A DNA stretch of 64,000 nucleotides. Origin: Felis catus (Eukaryota). A program made the position numbers and the translations under genes. The stretch spans positions 217,994,001 to 218,058,000 of the forward strand of contig NC_058368.1 of assembly GCF_018350175.1 (NCBI RefSeq). The letters are read 5' to 3'. The notes below the pieces were generated by a model, which saw only the letters and a program-made list of their open reading frames with translations, did no database searches and was not told the origin of the DNA. Positions 1 to 11,800 of the stretch are shown here, piece after piece. Numbering within the stretch: the stretch's first letter is position 1; the number at the start of each line of letters is the position of its first letter.

Positions 1-2590
1 CAAATAGCACAAAATCATTTATTTTTTTAATTAAGAATTATTTCTGTGCTCACGGTATATTCTCCAGAGTATATCACACACTAGGAAACAAATCAGGCCT
101 CAACAATTACAAAAAGATTGAGATCATACCACTCATCTGACCACAACACTATGAAACTTGAAGTCAAGCATAAGAAAAAAATTGGAAAGATCACAAATAC
201 ATGGAGATTAAATGCTACTAGGCAATGAATGGGTCAACTATGAAATCAAAGAAACTAAAATAAATAAATAAATGGAAACATGAAAATGAAAACATAATAG
301 TCTAAAACCTTTGGAATACGGCAAAAGCAGTTGTAACAGGGAAGTATATAGCAATATAAGTCAACCTCAAGAAGCAAGAAAAATCTCAAAGAAAAAATCT
401 AACCTTATACCTAACGGAGCTAGAAAAAAAATGAAGCCTAAAGCCAGCTGAAGGAAGGAAATAATAGTGATAACAACACACAAATGATATAGAAACTAAA
501 ATACAAAAAATAATAGAACAGATTGATGAACCAGGAGCTGATTCTTTGAAAAAAATTAATGAAATTGATAAACAGTCAGATTTACCAAAAGAAAAGAGAA
601 AGGACCCAAATAAAATCACAAATGAGAGAGCAGAAATAACAACCAACACCACAGAAATACAAGCAATCAAGAGAATATTATGAAAAACTATACACCAACA
701 AATGGGACAACCTGGAAGAAATGGATAAATTCTTAAAAACATATAAACCACCAAACCTGAAACAGGAAGAAATAGAAATTTTGAACAGACTGACAACCAG
801 CAAAGAAACTGAAATAGTAATCAAAAATTAAGTCCAGGACTCAATGGCTTCCAAGTGGAATTCTACCAAATATTTAAAGAAGAGTCAATACATATGCTTT
901 TCAAACTATTCAAAAAACAGAAAAGGAGGGAAAACTTCTAAATTAATTCTATGAATCCAGCATTACATTGATACTGAAACCAGATAAATACTACACTAAA
1001 AAAGAAAGCTATGGGACAACATCCCCAATGAACATGGATGCAAAACTTCTCAACAAAATACGAACAAACCGAATCCAACAATACATTAAAATAATTGTTC
1101 ACCATGATCAAGTGGGATTTATTCCTGGGTTGCCAGGGTAGCTCAATATTCACAAATTAATCAACATGATATACCACATTAATAAAAATTAGAATTATAT
1201 GATCAATTCAATAGATGCAGAAAAAGCATCTGACAAAGTAGAACATCCATTTATGGTAACTCAACAAAGCAGGGTTAGAGGGAACATACCTCAACATAAT
1301 TAAAGGCCATATACATTAAACCCACAGCTAATATCATCCTCAATGGGGAAAAACAGAGCTTTAGCTCTATAGCCAAGAACAAGACAGGGATGTCCACTCT
1401 CACTATAGAATTGGAAGGCTGAGCCACAGCAATCGGACAACAAAAAGATATAAAAAGTATCCAAATCAAAAAGGAAGGTACAGGATTTGTAGGTACAGGA
1501 TACTCTATAAGGAAACCCAAAAGACTCCACCAAAAAACATTGCTAGAACTGATACACAAATTCAGGAAAGTCACAGTATACAAAATCAACATACAGAAAT
1601 ATGTTGCATTTTTATACACCAATAATGAAGTTATGGAAAGAGAAATCAAGGAATAAATCCCATTTACAATTGTACCAAAAAACTTAAGATACTGAGGAAT
1701 GAACCTAACCAAAGAGGTGAAAGATCTGTACTCTGAAAACTGTAGAACACTTATGAAAGAAATTCAAGAGCACATAAAGAAAAGGGAAAGCATTCCATAT
1801 TCATGGATTGGAAGAACAAACATTGTTTGTCTATACTACCCAAAGCACTCTATACATTTAACGCAATCCCTATCAAAATACCACCAGCATTTTTCACAGA
1901 TCTAGAACAAACAATCCTAAAATTTGTATGGAACAACAAAAGACCTTGAATAGCCAAAACAAATTTCAATAAGAAAAGCAAAGCTGGAGGCATCACAATT
2001 CTAGACTTCAAGTTATACTACAAAACTGCAGTAATCAAGACAGTATATACTGGCACAAACACAGACACATAGATCAATAGAATAGAATAGAAAATCCAGA
2101 AACGAACCCACAACTGTATGGTACACTAATCTGAGACAAAGCAAGAAAGTTGGGAAAACTGGACAGCAACATGCGGAAGAATGAAACTGGACCATTTTCT
2201 TATACCATAAACAAAAAGAAATTCAAACTGAAGGGAAGACCCAAATGCAAGACAGGTAACCATTAAAATCCTGGAGGAGAACACAGGCAGTAACCTCTTT
2301 TACACCGGACATAGCAACTTCTTTCTAGATGAGTCTCCTGAGGCAAGGGAAACAAAAGCAAAAATAAACTATTGGGGCTTCCCATCAAAATAAAAATCTC
2401 TGTACAGTGAAGGAAATAATTAACAAAACTAAAAGGCAACCTATGGAATAGGAGAAGATTATTTGTGGATGACATATCTGATATAATGGTTAATATCCAA
2501 AATACAGAATTTATGTTCCTTATGTTCAAAAAAGTTTAAAACAGAACTACCTTACCATCTAGCAATTGCCCTACTAACTATTTACCTAGC
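1..2590 (+). mobile_element. Degenerate carnivore LINE-1, ORF2 region (end of endonuclease through RT); runs off the window start, 3' end missing
   Basis: Broken ORF2 motifs: CATGATCAAGTGGGATTTATTCCTGGG (HDQVGFIPG), ACAAGACAGGGATGTCCACTCTCAC (TRQGCPLS), ORF 1699-1905 NLTKEVKDLYSEN...[11 protein letters not shown]. Many stops and frameshifts, internal deletion near 2505-2525, no 3'UTR or poly(A). Confidence 0.95.
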
Positions 2591-2705
2591 ACGGAAGGAT
2601 GTAAACAATAATGCAGTCACAGGCCTCAACTGATCCTGTGGGGATCTCTGAAGCTGAGCTGACCCTTCACAGTGACCCAAAGTTGGAGCAAGAGTACTGA
2701 GCTCC

Positions 2706-2983
2706 GGGGCACCTGGGGGGCGTAGTCGTTTAAGCGTCTGGCTTCTGCTCAGGTCATGATCTCAGGGCTCATGAGTTTGAGCCCTGAATCTGGTTCTGTG
2801 CTGATAGCTCAGAGCCTGGAGCCTGCTTTGGATTCTGTGTCTCCCCTTCTCTCTCTTTCCCTCCCCCACTCATGTTCTGTCTCTCTCTCAACAATAAACA
2901 TTAAATATATATCTGTATCTATATATATCTATATATATAAATGTATCTATAAATATATCTATATCTATATCTATAGATAGATA
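2706..2983 (+). mobile_element. Can-SINE (older felid/feliform type) with a tail-derived TA/TATC microsatellite
   Basis: GGGGCACCTGGG head, CT-rich body, AATAAAC; TSD AAGAGTACTGAG at 2690-2701 and 2984-2995. Confidence 0.95.
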
Positions 2984-2999
2984 AAGAGTACTGAGAAGC

Positions 3000-3360
3000 T
3001 GTATTTGTCATTGAGGGCTGCCATAAAAAAAAACCACAGACTGAACAGTTTAACAACACAGATTTGTTTCCTCAAATTTCTGGAGGCTTAACTTAAATCA
3101 AGATGTTGGAAGGTTTGGTTTTTCTTGAGGCGTCTCTTTGTTGCAGAGGGCCCCACCTGTATCCTCACATGGCCATTTCTCCGTGCATGCACATCCCTGA
3201 TATTGCTCTCATAAAAACACCAGTTCTGTTGGATTAGGGCCCCATCCTAATGATCTCATTTAACCTTCATTACCCTTTTATAAGCTTTATCTCCAAATAG
3301 TTACATTGGGGATTAGGGCTTTAACATGAAATTTGAGGGTACATAATTCTGTCCCTAACA
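3000..3360 (-). mobile_element. MaLR solo LTR (MLT1A/B-like)
   Basis: TGTATTTGTC...GGGCTGCCATAA...CCACAGACTG...TTCTGGAGGCT...GGATTAGGGCCCCATCCTAATGATCTCATTTAACC...TAACA matches the reverse complement of MLT1. Confidence 0.85.
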
Positions 3361-3499
3361 ACTGTTTTAACCCTGTATCATTCCATCACCACATGTGAGT
3401 TGACCTGGGAAGTGGGCAATTCCTTGGTTTGGGTGACATTCCTCAGCTCAATTAGTTATTCTCTCAATATCTAAATCTATAAATGAAATGAACATTTTT

Positions 3500-4760
3500 A
3501 GAAGTTGGCAGAAACATTACACTGATTCTTTGATCTGTAAATATTTATCATAGTAGGAAAGTCCAAATTGAAGAACTGAAAACCAGTTCCTCTCCACCAA
3601 AGTAATAAATCAAAAAACCAAACCATTTTTCAGAAAAAAAAAAAGGTAGGTCAAATAATTTTAGAGATACAAGAATAGGATCATCCCTTGAGAAGACAGC
3701 CACTTACTTGTAAGGTAATAACGTCAGTCAATGCTTCATTCTGATCAGAAGAGACCCATATTACAGATATTGGTTTGCCTTTTCTGCAGAGAATACTTCA
3801 GCCAGTGGTACTTCCCAAGGGATCATAGAGTACCTAATCCCAGGTAGCGTACCTTGTAACAGACCCACCTCTTACAATAATATAGCAGTAAACACAATCA
3901 GAAGATGCAGGGATTGTAACACTCACTCCCTTTGCAGAAACTTCTGGCCTATTAGAACACTGAAATTCTTGAGATAGAATTAGGTGACATTTTGATGTTG
4001 ACACCACTGACATAACATACGTCACAATGGAGAATATACTTTTAACCAAGAGTCAGTATATGTGTTCTGGCTTTGGTAGGTTAAATGCATTACTCTAGGA
4101 ACTGAGGGGTGGAAGCAAGCCCTATTCTCCATTACTGCCAATGACACATTTGAAAATGTCTGATTCCTAATTCCTACAAATGTAGATTTCTTACAAGAGT
4201 CTGGGTTCCAGAAAGGCTTATTTCCACCAAGATACATTTTAAGAGTTTAACTAAATTTAATGGTGTTGCTTTGCCTTGTCAAGTTGATTTCTAATGTGAG
4301 TCCAGCAAAGGCAAAGAAAAGCATTCCCCTATTAGCAAGAGTAACTGAATCTGATTATCATGAGAAAGGGGAGTAGTTGTAAATTAATAGAGACAGTCAC
4401 AAATAGATTTGAGATTCCACTGGATACACTTGTGTATCTCTTGGTACTTCTATTTACAGTATTTAAAATAAATAGCCATAATACCATCAGGAGAAGGTCC
4501 TGGATCACCCCTCCAAGAAAGCCTCTTCAACCAGAGAAATATACCTGAGGGGGCAGGTGGGGTGAACTTGAATGAATGATACAGAAGTAATATATAATTT
4601 TGATCCCAAATTCCACTGTGGCAAAGCATACCAGATTGTCTCCCTAACTCATCTCTCATAAGTTTATTCTGCAAGTGGTGACTTAAAATAACCTGGGTGA
4701 AGCTCTGCCCAAATGGAATAGTTAATGTGAAGAGTAAATGAATATGAGCAACACCAAGGG
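3500..4760 (+). mobile_element. ERVL (ERV3-16A3/ERVL-E-like) internal remnant, integrase region
   Basis: 3735-3870 resembles degenerate ERVL integrase (cf. FILTGIDTYSGYGFAFPA...ASTTIQGLTECL); a PPT-like CCAAGGGTAAA precedes the LTR start. Confidence 0.65.
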
Positions 4761-4888
4761 TAAATGCCTGAGTGGTCGTGTCCAGATCCCTTTACAAGGC
4801 TGAGGCACCTGTCCGAGAACTGTTGCAAGTACTGGATGCTGATGGCACGTAACTGCAGAATTTCTCCCTTTTCAAGAATAAATAACTC
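4760..4888 (+). mobile_element. 5' part of an LTR16-like LTR
   Basis: GTCCAGATCCCTTTACAAGGCTGAGGCACC...TGCTGATGGCACGTAACTGC resembles the remembered LTR16 5' end. Confidence 0.6.
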
Positions 4889-6496
4889 TAAATAACAGCT
4901 ATCTTGCCTGGAAGATTATTCACCACCATGCAGCCAGTATTCAATGAATGAACAGATGACATACTGTCATGAAAGTACAAAAGACCTACAATAAAAATTA
5001 ATAAGTATGCAAGTATGTAAAATCCATAGAAATTGGGAAATATTAAGTACTCTATTACTTCTGTTACATCAACATTATCAGTGAACATGGAAAGACAACA
5101 TATATTAGGAAAAAAACCAAACATATCAACGCCAATTTTTCTCACTTCAAGTGACAGAGTGATTGGGTTCCTAGATGGCTTTCCATACACAGCCCTCACC
5201 CAACACACACACACCTTTTTGTATTGCCTGAAAATATTTACAAATAAATCAATTTTATTTTTTTAATATTGAATTATTTAAAATATACTATAATGATCAG
5301 AGAATACTAATTATAACTAATGTAATGGATCACATTTAAAGTTTTTTCCTGTCATTTAGATTTACTGCATATATTAAAAGCAGATGGGCTAAAGCCAAAA
5401 TATATTATAAAAATGGAAATCAAGTTTACGTATTAATGGAGATTTTATACACTCAGAAAAATACTATTAGTATTAGAATTGAAGAAATAATGAACTGGGT
5501 TCTCTAGAGTTTTAGGAAGAAAATGAGATTTAAGGGTCAAATAGTCTTTAGTTTCCTCTTGAGAAAGTTTTATATCTTTCAATTTCATATAGTGTAAATA
5601 TAAAACTTAGAATTTAGAAAAAAACAATATTTTTAAGCTACTATTATAAAAAATTAAATTAAAAGAAACATTGAATTAGAATATTTTTGAATAAGGGAAA
5701 TAATTGAGTTTATATAATTATTTTGTGAGATTATAAATGTAAAATTATTCATATATAAGTGATGAAATTACAATTTTAATCTTCATATAAAATTTGCAAA
5801 TGTAGAATTTATTCTGACATGTAACAAGGAATACTGATTTTTTTTAAGCTTTCACAAAATAACTATGCAAATAGTAATTGGCATAAAATGAAAAACAAAA
5901 ATTTTAACATATTAGCTTATTCCATATGCACACACACAAAAATTAAGACACTTTATATTTTCAGATCCTTGGATCATCTTCCTGATAGGTTAAATCTATG
6001 CCTGTATTTGAAATATATTAAGTAAACTAAAAATATGTTCAAATAATTCTCATTAAATCTGTAACCTGGAGAATCTTTGAAATATATATTCACCATAACC
6101 AGACGTAGTTTATTTAAAATAAATGTTAAGTGTTATTAGAAACAGTCCATTAAACTAAGAGTTTAAAAAGAGGAAGGAAGTTGGAAGACACAAGGACACT
6201 TCTACTAAACATCAAGACCATATGAATGTTCATTCATCCTTCAAGTATTTGTTGAACTGTTACAACAGTACATTGATAAAAGTGATTAAAATCTGAAATA
6301 CTCATTCACAGGTTATTTAATAGCCACTGTCCCAACCCTCCCATGAGTGTTCTTCCATGCCTCAGGGCCCCAAACTCCCCATAATTAAAGGCTCAAATCC
6401 AGATAAAAACAGGTAGTATCTGGGACACTATTTCAACACTATGATTTTTATCTACAGTGAATACCCAACACTAGTACACTGGTTTTAAATATTTTG

Positions 6497-7112
6497 TGTG
6501 GTATTGTGGATTTGTATTGGGACAACTCAGCTAGGTTGGGACTAAATTTCCCAGATTTCTCTTTCCTGCTTAGTATGCCGTTATTGTGAAATGCAGATAT
6601 TTTCTTTGTGATATTGAAGATGGACGTGAAGCAGCAGACTCATTCTTTTTATAGTCAAAGAGTTAGTGCAGACATTATTTATTGCATAATTGGGCAATCA
6701 CTGTTGATATGAGGCAGCAAGCAGACCCAAAACATCCCTAGTTCCTGATAGATTTCTTCCTTACAGGTGTCCAACTCCTGGACAATCATCAGATATACAA
6801 TTTGCTTCATGATAAATGGCATTATCCTCTCCTGTGGAACCCTGTCATTGAAGGTGAAGACATCCAGGTATTTAGAGACTGAGGACGGTTCCAGGTCTTC
6901 TTGTGTGTACGAGCATACCCACCTGGTTTACCCCTTTCCTTGCTTTTCCTACTTCCTGTTTATCTTTCCTTACTGAAGGCCCTACAGACTTTAGAATCTA
7001 GTTCCAGATATGGGAGCAGCCATCTCAATCTTTTTAACTATCCCCTCTGCTGTCTATAATAAATGCTTTTATCCATACTCTCTAGTGAGTTCTTCTCTAA
7101 CTTTCTGATACA
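6497..7112 (+). mobile_element. Old ERVL-class 5' LTR (MLT2/LTR52-like)
   Basis: TGTGG...CAACTCAGCTAGGTTGGGACTAAATTTCCCAGA start, AATAAA near 7058, ends TGATACA and is followed directly by an ERVL leader-like sequence (TTTTGTACAGGGAGTGTTTCC). Confidence 0.65.
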
Positions 7113-7827
7113 CAATTTTGTACAGGGAGTGTTTCCACTGGAACAAAACCTTAGAAAGAGATCATTTGGTACACTTCATCTGCAATGATTTCTCTTATAG
7201 GACTATATTTCAAGGCATTAATGACAGTATTTCCAGTGATAAAGACAGTGCTAGTAGTTCACGATATATGAAAAAACATGCAAAGTGCCAAAACAATGAC
7301 GTGTCACTTGTAGATACCTATAATCAAGTGTCTATGAAGATTATTAGGTGATAAATTATTTGCTGCCATAAATAATATAGTGGAAATAACGAATATAATT
7401 GAGTTGGACAACTGCTTCCAAATATACAAGAGAACTCAGAGTAAAAAGATAAGCTCATGACTTTTACTGAGGTCTTGCTTATAAATGCTCTAAAAGAAAC
7501 TCGTAGCTGCAAGGTTAAGAATTCTGAAAACAAAGCCGGAGATCTAATCCTGCTTATGACTGAATTATAAGACAAAAGAAATTCCAGAATTTCGAGTGTC
7601 ACTTTTTGTAGGAATAGGACTTCGAAAATCAGAATGCATCTATAGATAAATTTCAATAAAACCAAGGAACTTAAATTCTACATTTTTCTAATCCTCCTTC
7701 ACTTGTGGAAACATCTCATTATACCCTCAATGAGATTAATCTTCCCTTGCCTGAAAAAAATATATGACAACTTCCTCTGAAATAACTGCTTTTCAAAATA
7801 CTGATGATCCTCTCCAAGACGTACCTT

Positions 7828-8219
7828 TATATTACTTTTCTATTGTTTCTGTGCACAAATTACAACAAACGTTGACAAGTCTACATTTCCTTCCAGAAGC
7901 TTTAAGGGAGAATCTGTTCATCTTTTCCACCTTTTAGAGGTTGCTCATATTCCTTGGCTCAGGGCCCTTTTCTCCATTTTCAGAGACAGCAGTGTGGTAT
8001 CTTTCAGTCTCAGATTCTGTTTTCATCATCACATCTCCTTATCTGATTTTAGCCTTTCTATTTTCCTGTTAGGCCCATCCACATAATCCAGTATACAATT
8101 CCATCTTAATTCCCTTAACATAATCATTTTAAAGTCCCTTCTGCCATATCAGATAGCACATTCACAGATTCTGGGGATTAGGACATGAACACCGTAGGGT
8201 AGTGATTTGGCTTATTATA
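7828..8219 (-). mobile_element. MaLR LTR (MLT1C/D-like)
   Basis: TTCCTTCCAGAAGCTTTAAGGGAGAATCTGTT...CATATTCCTTGGCTC...AAAGTCCCTTCTGCCAT...ATTCACAGATTCTGGGGATTAGGACATG is a typical MLT1 reverse complement. Confidence 0.8.
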
Positions 8220-8437
8220 CTACTTCATTTCTCATTGATCCCATATTTATCATCAGACTTGAGTTAAAAAGAACTTTCAGAATGAATGACAAAGTATAAC
8301 CTCATTAGGAGATGAGGGCTATCAAAGATATAACTGCATGATTTTGCCACATGGTATCAAAAGAAACCTAGGGAACATGTGTGGGGATGTATTTTAAGAT
8401 TGGGGGATCATGATATAAGAAAGAAAATAAGCTGGAC

Positions 8438-9015
8438 TGTCGCAGATTTTGAGTCTGAAGTTCTCTCTTGTCCAGCAAGAGAATGGATGCAGAATTGAAT
8501 ACGAGAGAGGCTAATGTCCAGGAAAGCGACAAGAGCCCTGAGTAAGGGTCTCTCTCTGTATTTATTAGGATCAGAAGGCTTACATATGTGATGAACGTGC
8601 AGAAAGAGAAAACAGTGATCATTAACTCGTGCATGTGAGAGAAAGGGATTTTCAAAGCTATGCAATGTTAGCAGTTAGGGTCAAAAATCAAAGTCCCAGT
8701 GCGGAGCAGAGAGCCGTTTACTGCAGACACCAGGCACTGTGTCTGTTTATCTTAATTTTTCTAGGGGTTACTTCAGGGTTAACAAGGCATTTTTATCACT
8801 AATTAGCTGTGGGCACTTTCGCCATGCTGTGGCAGCTTTCTGCCTCTACCTGTTCATCTACCTGTTCTCGGACAATTTTGTCCTGTGGAAGCAGCTTTCT
8901 CTTCTATGCTTTGTTCTATGCTGGGCTTTTTCACCCTGTGGCGGCTTTCTGCCCTAAGTCCTAAGCCTTAACCCATTGGTGCAAGCTCAGAGAATTCTTG
9001 AACTTCTTGTCCATA
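8438..9015 (-). mobile_element. Younger solo LTR (578 bp) with a 6-bp TSD, possibly class II/ERVK
   Basis: Plus strand starts TGTCGCAG and ends GTCCATA (decayed CA); flanks CTGGAC (8432-8437) and CTGGAT (9016-9021); minus-strand AATAAA at 8561-8566; internal short direct repeats; cleanly splits the ERVL gag sequence. Confidence 0.8.
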
Positions 9016-10486
9016 CTGGATCACATTGAGTTTATTAATATGAGCTCACTCAATAGAGATTTACAACTAGCTACAATTATGTGACTGAATTTAGAATTCA
9101 ATAATGTTATAGGCATGAGTATTTCCTACTTGTTATGAAGTAAATAATTTGTCTATATATTAATCTTAATTCTCTCCTTTCCTGTCACATTCTAATTCTA
9201 ATTGAAGAAGAAATTCTACTCAACTAGAAGTGGGGGGGGGGGGTTGAACTCACTGAAGATGGGTAAAAAACAAAAGTGCTCTCCATCCTATTTGGAGAGA
9301 AGGTTGCTGTGTTCTTAGCTCTATAAACAGATATTTTGTTAGGGAGAAGAATGATTTTGCGAATATATTTATTTGCAATACATATTAAATCTGATTGAAA
9401 GTAGTATGCACAGATACCAAGTTGATAATGTTTGATTGTGGTAGTTTTTGAATAGCATCAACCTAATTAAACCAGAACTCCATTTCCTGGCATTCTCTTC
9501 TTTGCATTGTTTCAAATTATCGTGGGCCATAAGAGATATCTTATGAGATTTGAAAGACAAAAGGGAAATAGTCATTTTTCAAAGGCCATGGGGGTTCTCT
9601 CCATTTTTTTAATACCAGAAGACTAAGATTATCATTTAAAAGGCGGGGGGATATAGAGAAAACGTTCATTTAGGAAGACAGCCTAAGAGGTATGAGGTAC
9701 TTAGCACTGACTAGAGAAAGTAGAGACTTGCAAAGATGAGGCAGGTTACTATGTGGTAGCATGATGAAGTCTTCATCAGATGTAAAAGGGAAAAATTCTA
9801 AAGCACTTGAAAAGAAGAATGGGTAGAATAATATAGCTACATTAAAGAAAAATAGAAATTCTGGAATTAGGACTGGAATTATTAAACTTTCTGTGCTTGA
9901 TTCCAGATTTTGTTGAGGTTTTCTAAACTACAGAAATATAATCCATATTTACAGAGTCAATCTCCAGGTCGAACTCCAAACATTATAACCTACTCAGAAT
10001 ATTTCTCATTTACCAACAGATATTAATCTTCAGGATTCAGAATTGAGAAAACAGAATTCTCTGGAATTCAATAAAATTCTAGAACCAGGAATCATTCTTG
10101 AACTATATCTAATATGTTTGATACTTGTTACTCATAATTACAGATATCCACACATTACTTAAAGCATAAGAAATATTAAGTTTATTATTGTATTCAATGG
10201 ACTGCAGCCCATAATGAGCCCATAATGAGCACTGATGCACTGAGAAATGTCAGCAAATATTATTGGGTAGTATTCAAATAAACATGACCTTCAAATTACC
10301 TTGTAAACTGCTGAAGTTAGAGCACAACTGCTCCCAAAACAGGTTATACTTTGGAACATCACTCGTAAGATTTGTATAATGTGTACCATGTATATAGGCA
10401 TATTAATATACATATTTTCTTTGAAAAGTGATTCACCTTTGTACAATAGCTGGGTCCACAAACAAACACTCATAACATGGCGACAA

Positions 10487-10634
10487 CTACAAGCGGGACT
10501 CATTGATTAGACCATGACCACTTCTTTCCCGTCTGGTCTTGCTCTGAGTCTCAGAAATGATCAAGGGTCCTGATTTTGATTTGGTATCGGTGGATAGCTG
10601 TGAATCAGTAATATCTCTGTTGATTGTCAAAAAT
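10487..10634 (-). CDS. Candidate terminal coding exon of an unidentified gene (unverified)
   Basis: Acceptor TTCTCTTTTGATAATTAG, then 1 nt plus 48 open codons FLTINRDITDSQLSTDTKSKSGPLIISETQSKTRRERSGHGLINESRL*. Non-repetitive, several CpGs retained, minus-strand AATAAA at 10181-10186. No protein recognised. Confidence 0.3.
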
Positions 10635-11369
10635 CTAATTATCAAAAGAGAATTACATTTCCCATGTTCCTAAACAATTTTCCTCAGACTATAAGATTCA
10701 GAGAAAAACATACATTTCCAAAGACTGCCAAGAAAGAGTTCTCACAAGGAGAGCATTCTACTGGACTTGTTGGGGTCTTTACATCAGTTCCCCCAGATGA
10801 AGGAAGAAACACTGGCCCCCTTCTACCTAAATGCAAGACAAAAAGGAAGAGAACTATCTTTCAATCCTCTCTTTTATTTGCCTGCACTGAAGCTTATAGG
10901 CATTCTGCCCTTCTTCTTTCTCCTCAACTCTGCTTTGTAGTTTCCTGATCTCTCTAGCTCAAGCAAACAAAATATAATCATTTAACTTATCTAAACTTTC
11001 TCTATGGGTGGGGAATATTTGGTAATCCAAACTATTTTTTTTATCCAAACTAAATCCAATTGTACTTTGTCTTTTCACAAAGTAAAGATTTAAATAAACA
11101 GGTAATGAAATCCTTATTTATACATATACAGACTTTTTTAGTAAAGCCATTTAATCTTGCTATAAAATACAGGTTGCTTTTGGTAGGAATATCAGCTGAA
11201 AAAAGTATATGTGAAATTATTTCATACACTGTAAATTAATATATATCCCATTTAGAAGGCACAAAGAAAGGAAAACACAAACGCAGTCCCTTTTTTTCTA
11301 GAAAAACAGAGCAAAGAGAATTATTCTGTGGATTTTCAGAAGAGGTAAAATATACAACAGGACCTATTC

Positions 11370-11800
11370 TTGTTGTAGAGATGGGAGGGGTGAAATAATT
11401 TAATTTTATATACATTGCATTTGAGATAGTTGGGTGGCATCCAAGAAGGCATGAGTTATATTAGCTAGAAATGTGGAGTCAAATTTAAAATGAAGATTCA
11501 AGAAACATAAGCACTTTGATGCAAGAGAGAAATGTCTCATGTATCAATAAATGCAAAATAAAGATACAACTAAAGGAAACACAGAGTGTGACAGTGAGAT
11601 TTAGAAAAACTAAAGAATACATTAATACAGAAGATGGCATAGTATTAGCTGGGATAAAAACTGAGCATCAAATATTGAAGAAAAGTTAAAGGGGATGAAA
11701 ACTGAGGAATTAAGTACAGGTGATACTGTAGGATAAGTTAAAAACAGACGCCAGGTTACCAAGTGTTAAGAAAAGAGCACACTGGAGCTTTAAAGACATT
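11370..11800 (-). mobile_element. L2 LINE fragment
   Basis: Purine-rich degenerate L2-like text (TTTGAGATAGTTGGGTGGCATCCAAG...ATGTGGAGTC). Confidence 0.45.

Larger units (their letters stand above)
2595..3465 (-). mobile_element. LTR16-like (ERVL) LTR fragment interrupted by a SINE and a MaLR LTR
   Basis: Minus strand reads ...CCAACTTTGGGTCACTGTGAAGGGTCAGCTCAGCTTCAGAGATCCCCACAGGATCAGTTGAGGCCTG..., resembling the remembered LTR16 core. It continues at 3362-3465 after the insertions. Confidence 0.6.
7113..9110 (+). mobile_element. ERVL leader/gag remnant interrupted by an MLT1 LTR and a younger solo LTR
   Basis: 8350-8437 plus 9016-9060 give a degenerate YQKKPREHVWGCILRLGDH...KLD...EFINM, matching the ERVL Gag motif YRQKSGEHVWEWILRVWDNGGRNIKLDQAEFIDM. 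Confidence 0.75.

Noticed and set aside
386..2529. Long hydrophobic minus-strand ORFs (136 aa, 145 aa and others)
   Set aside because: They are antisense frames of A-rich L1 ORF2, not genes.
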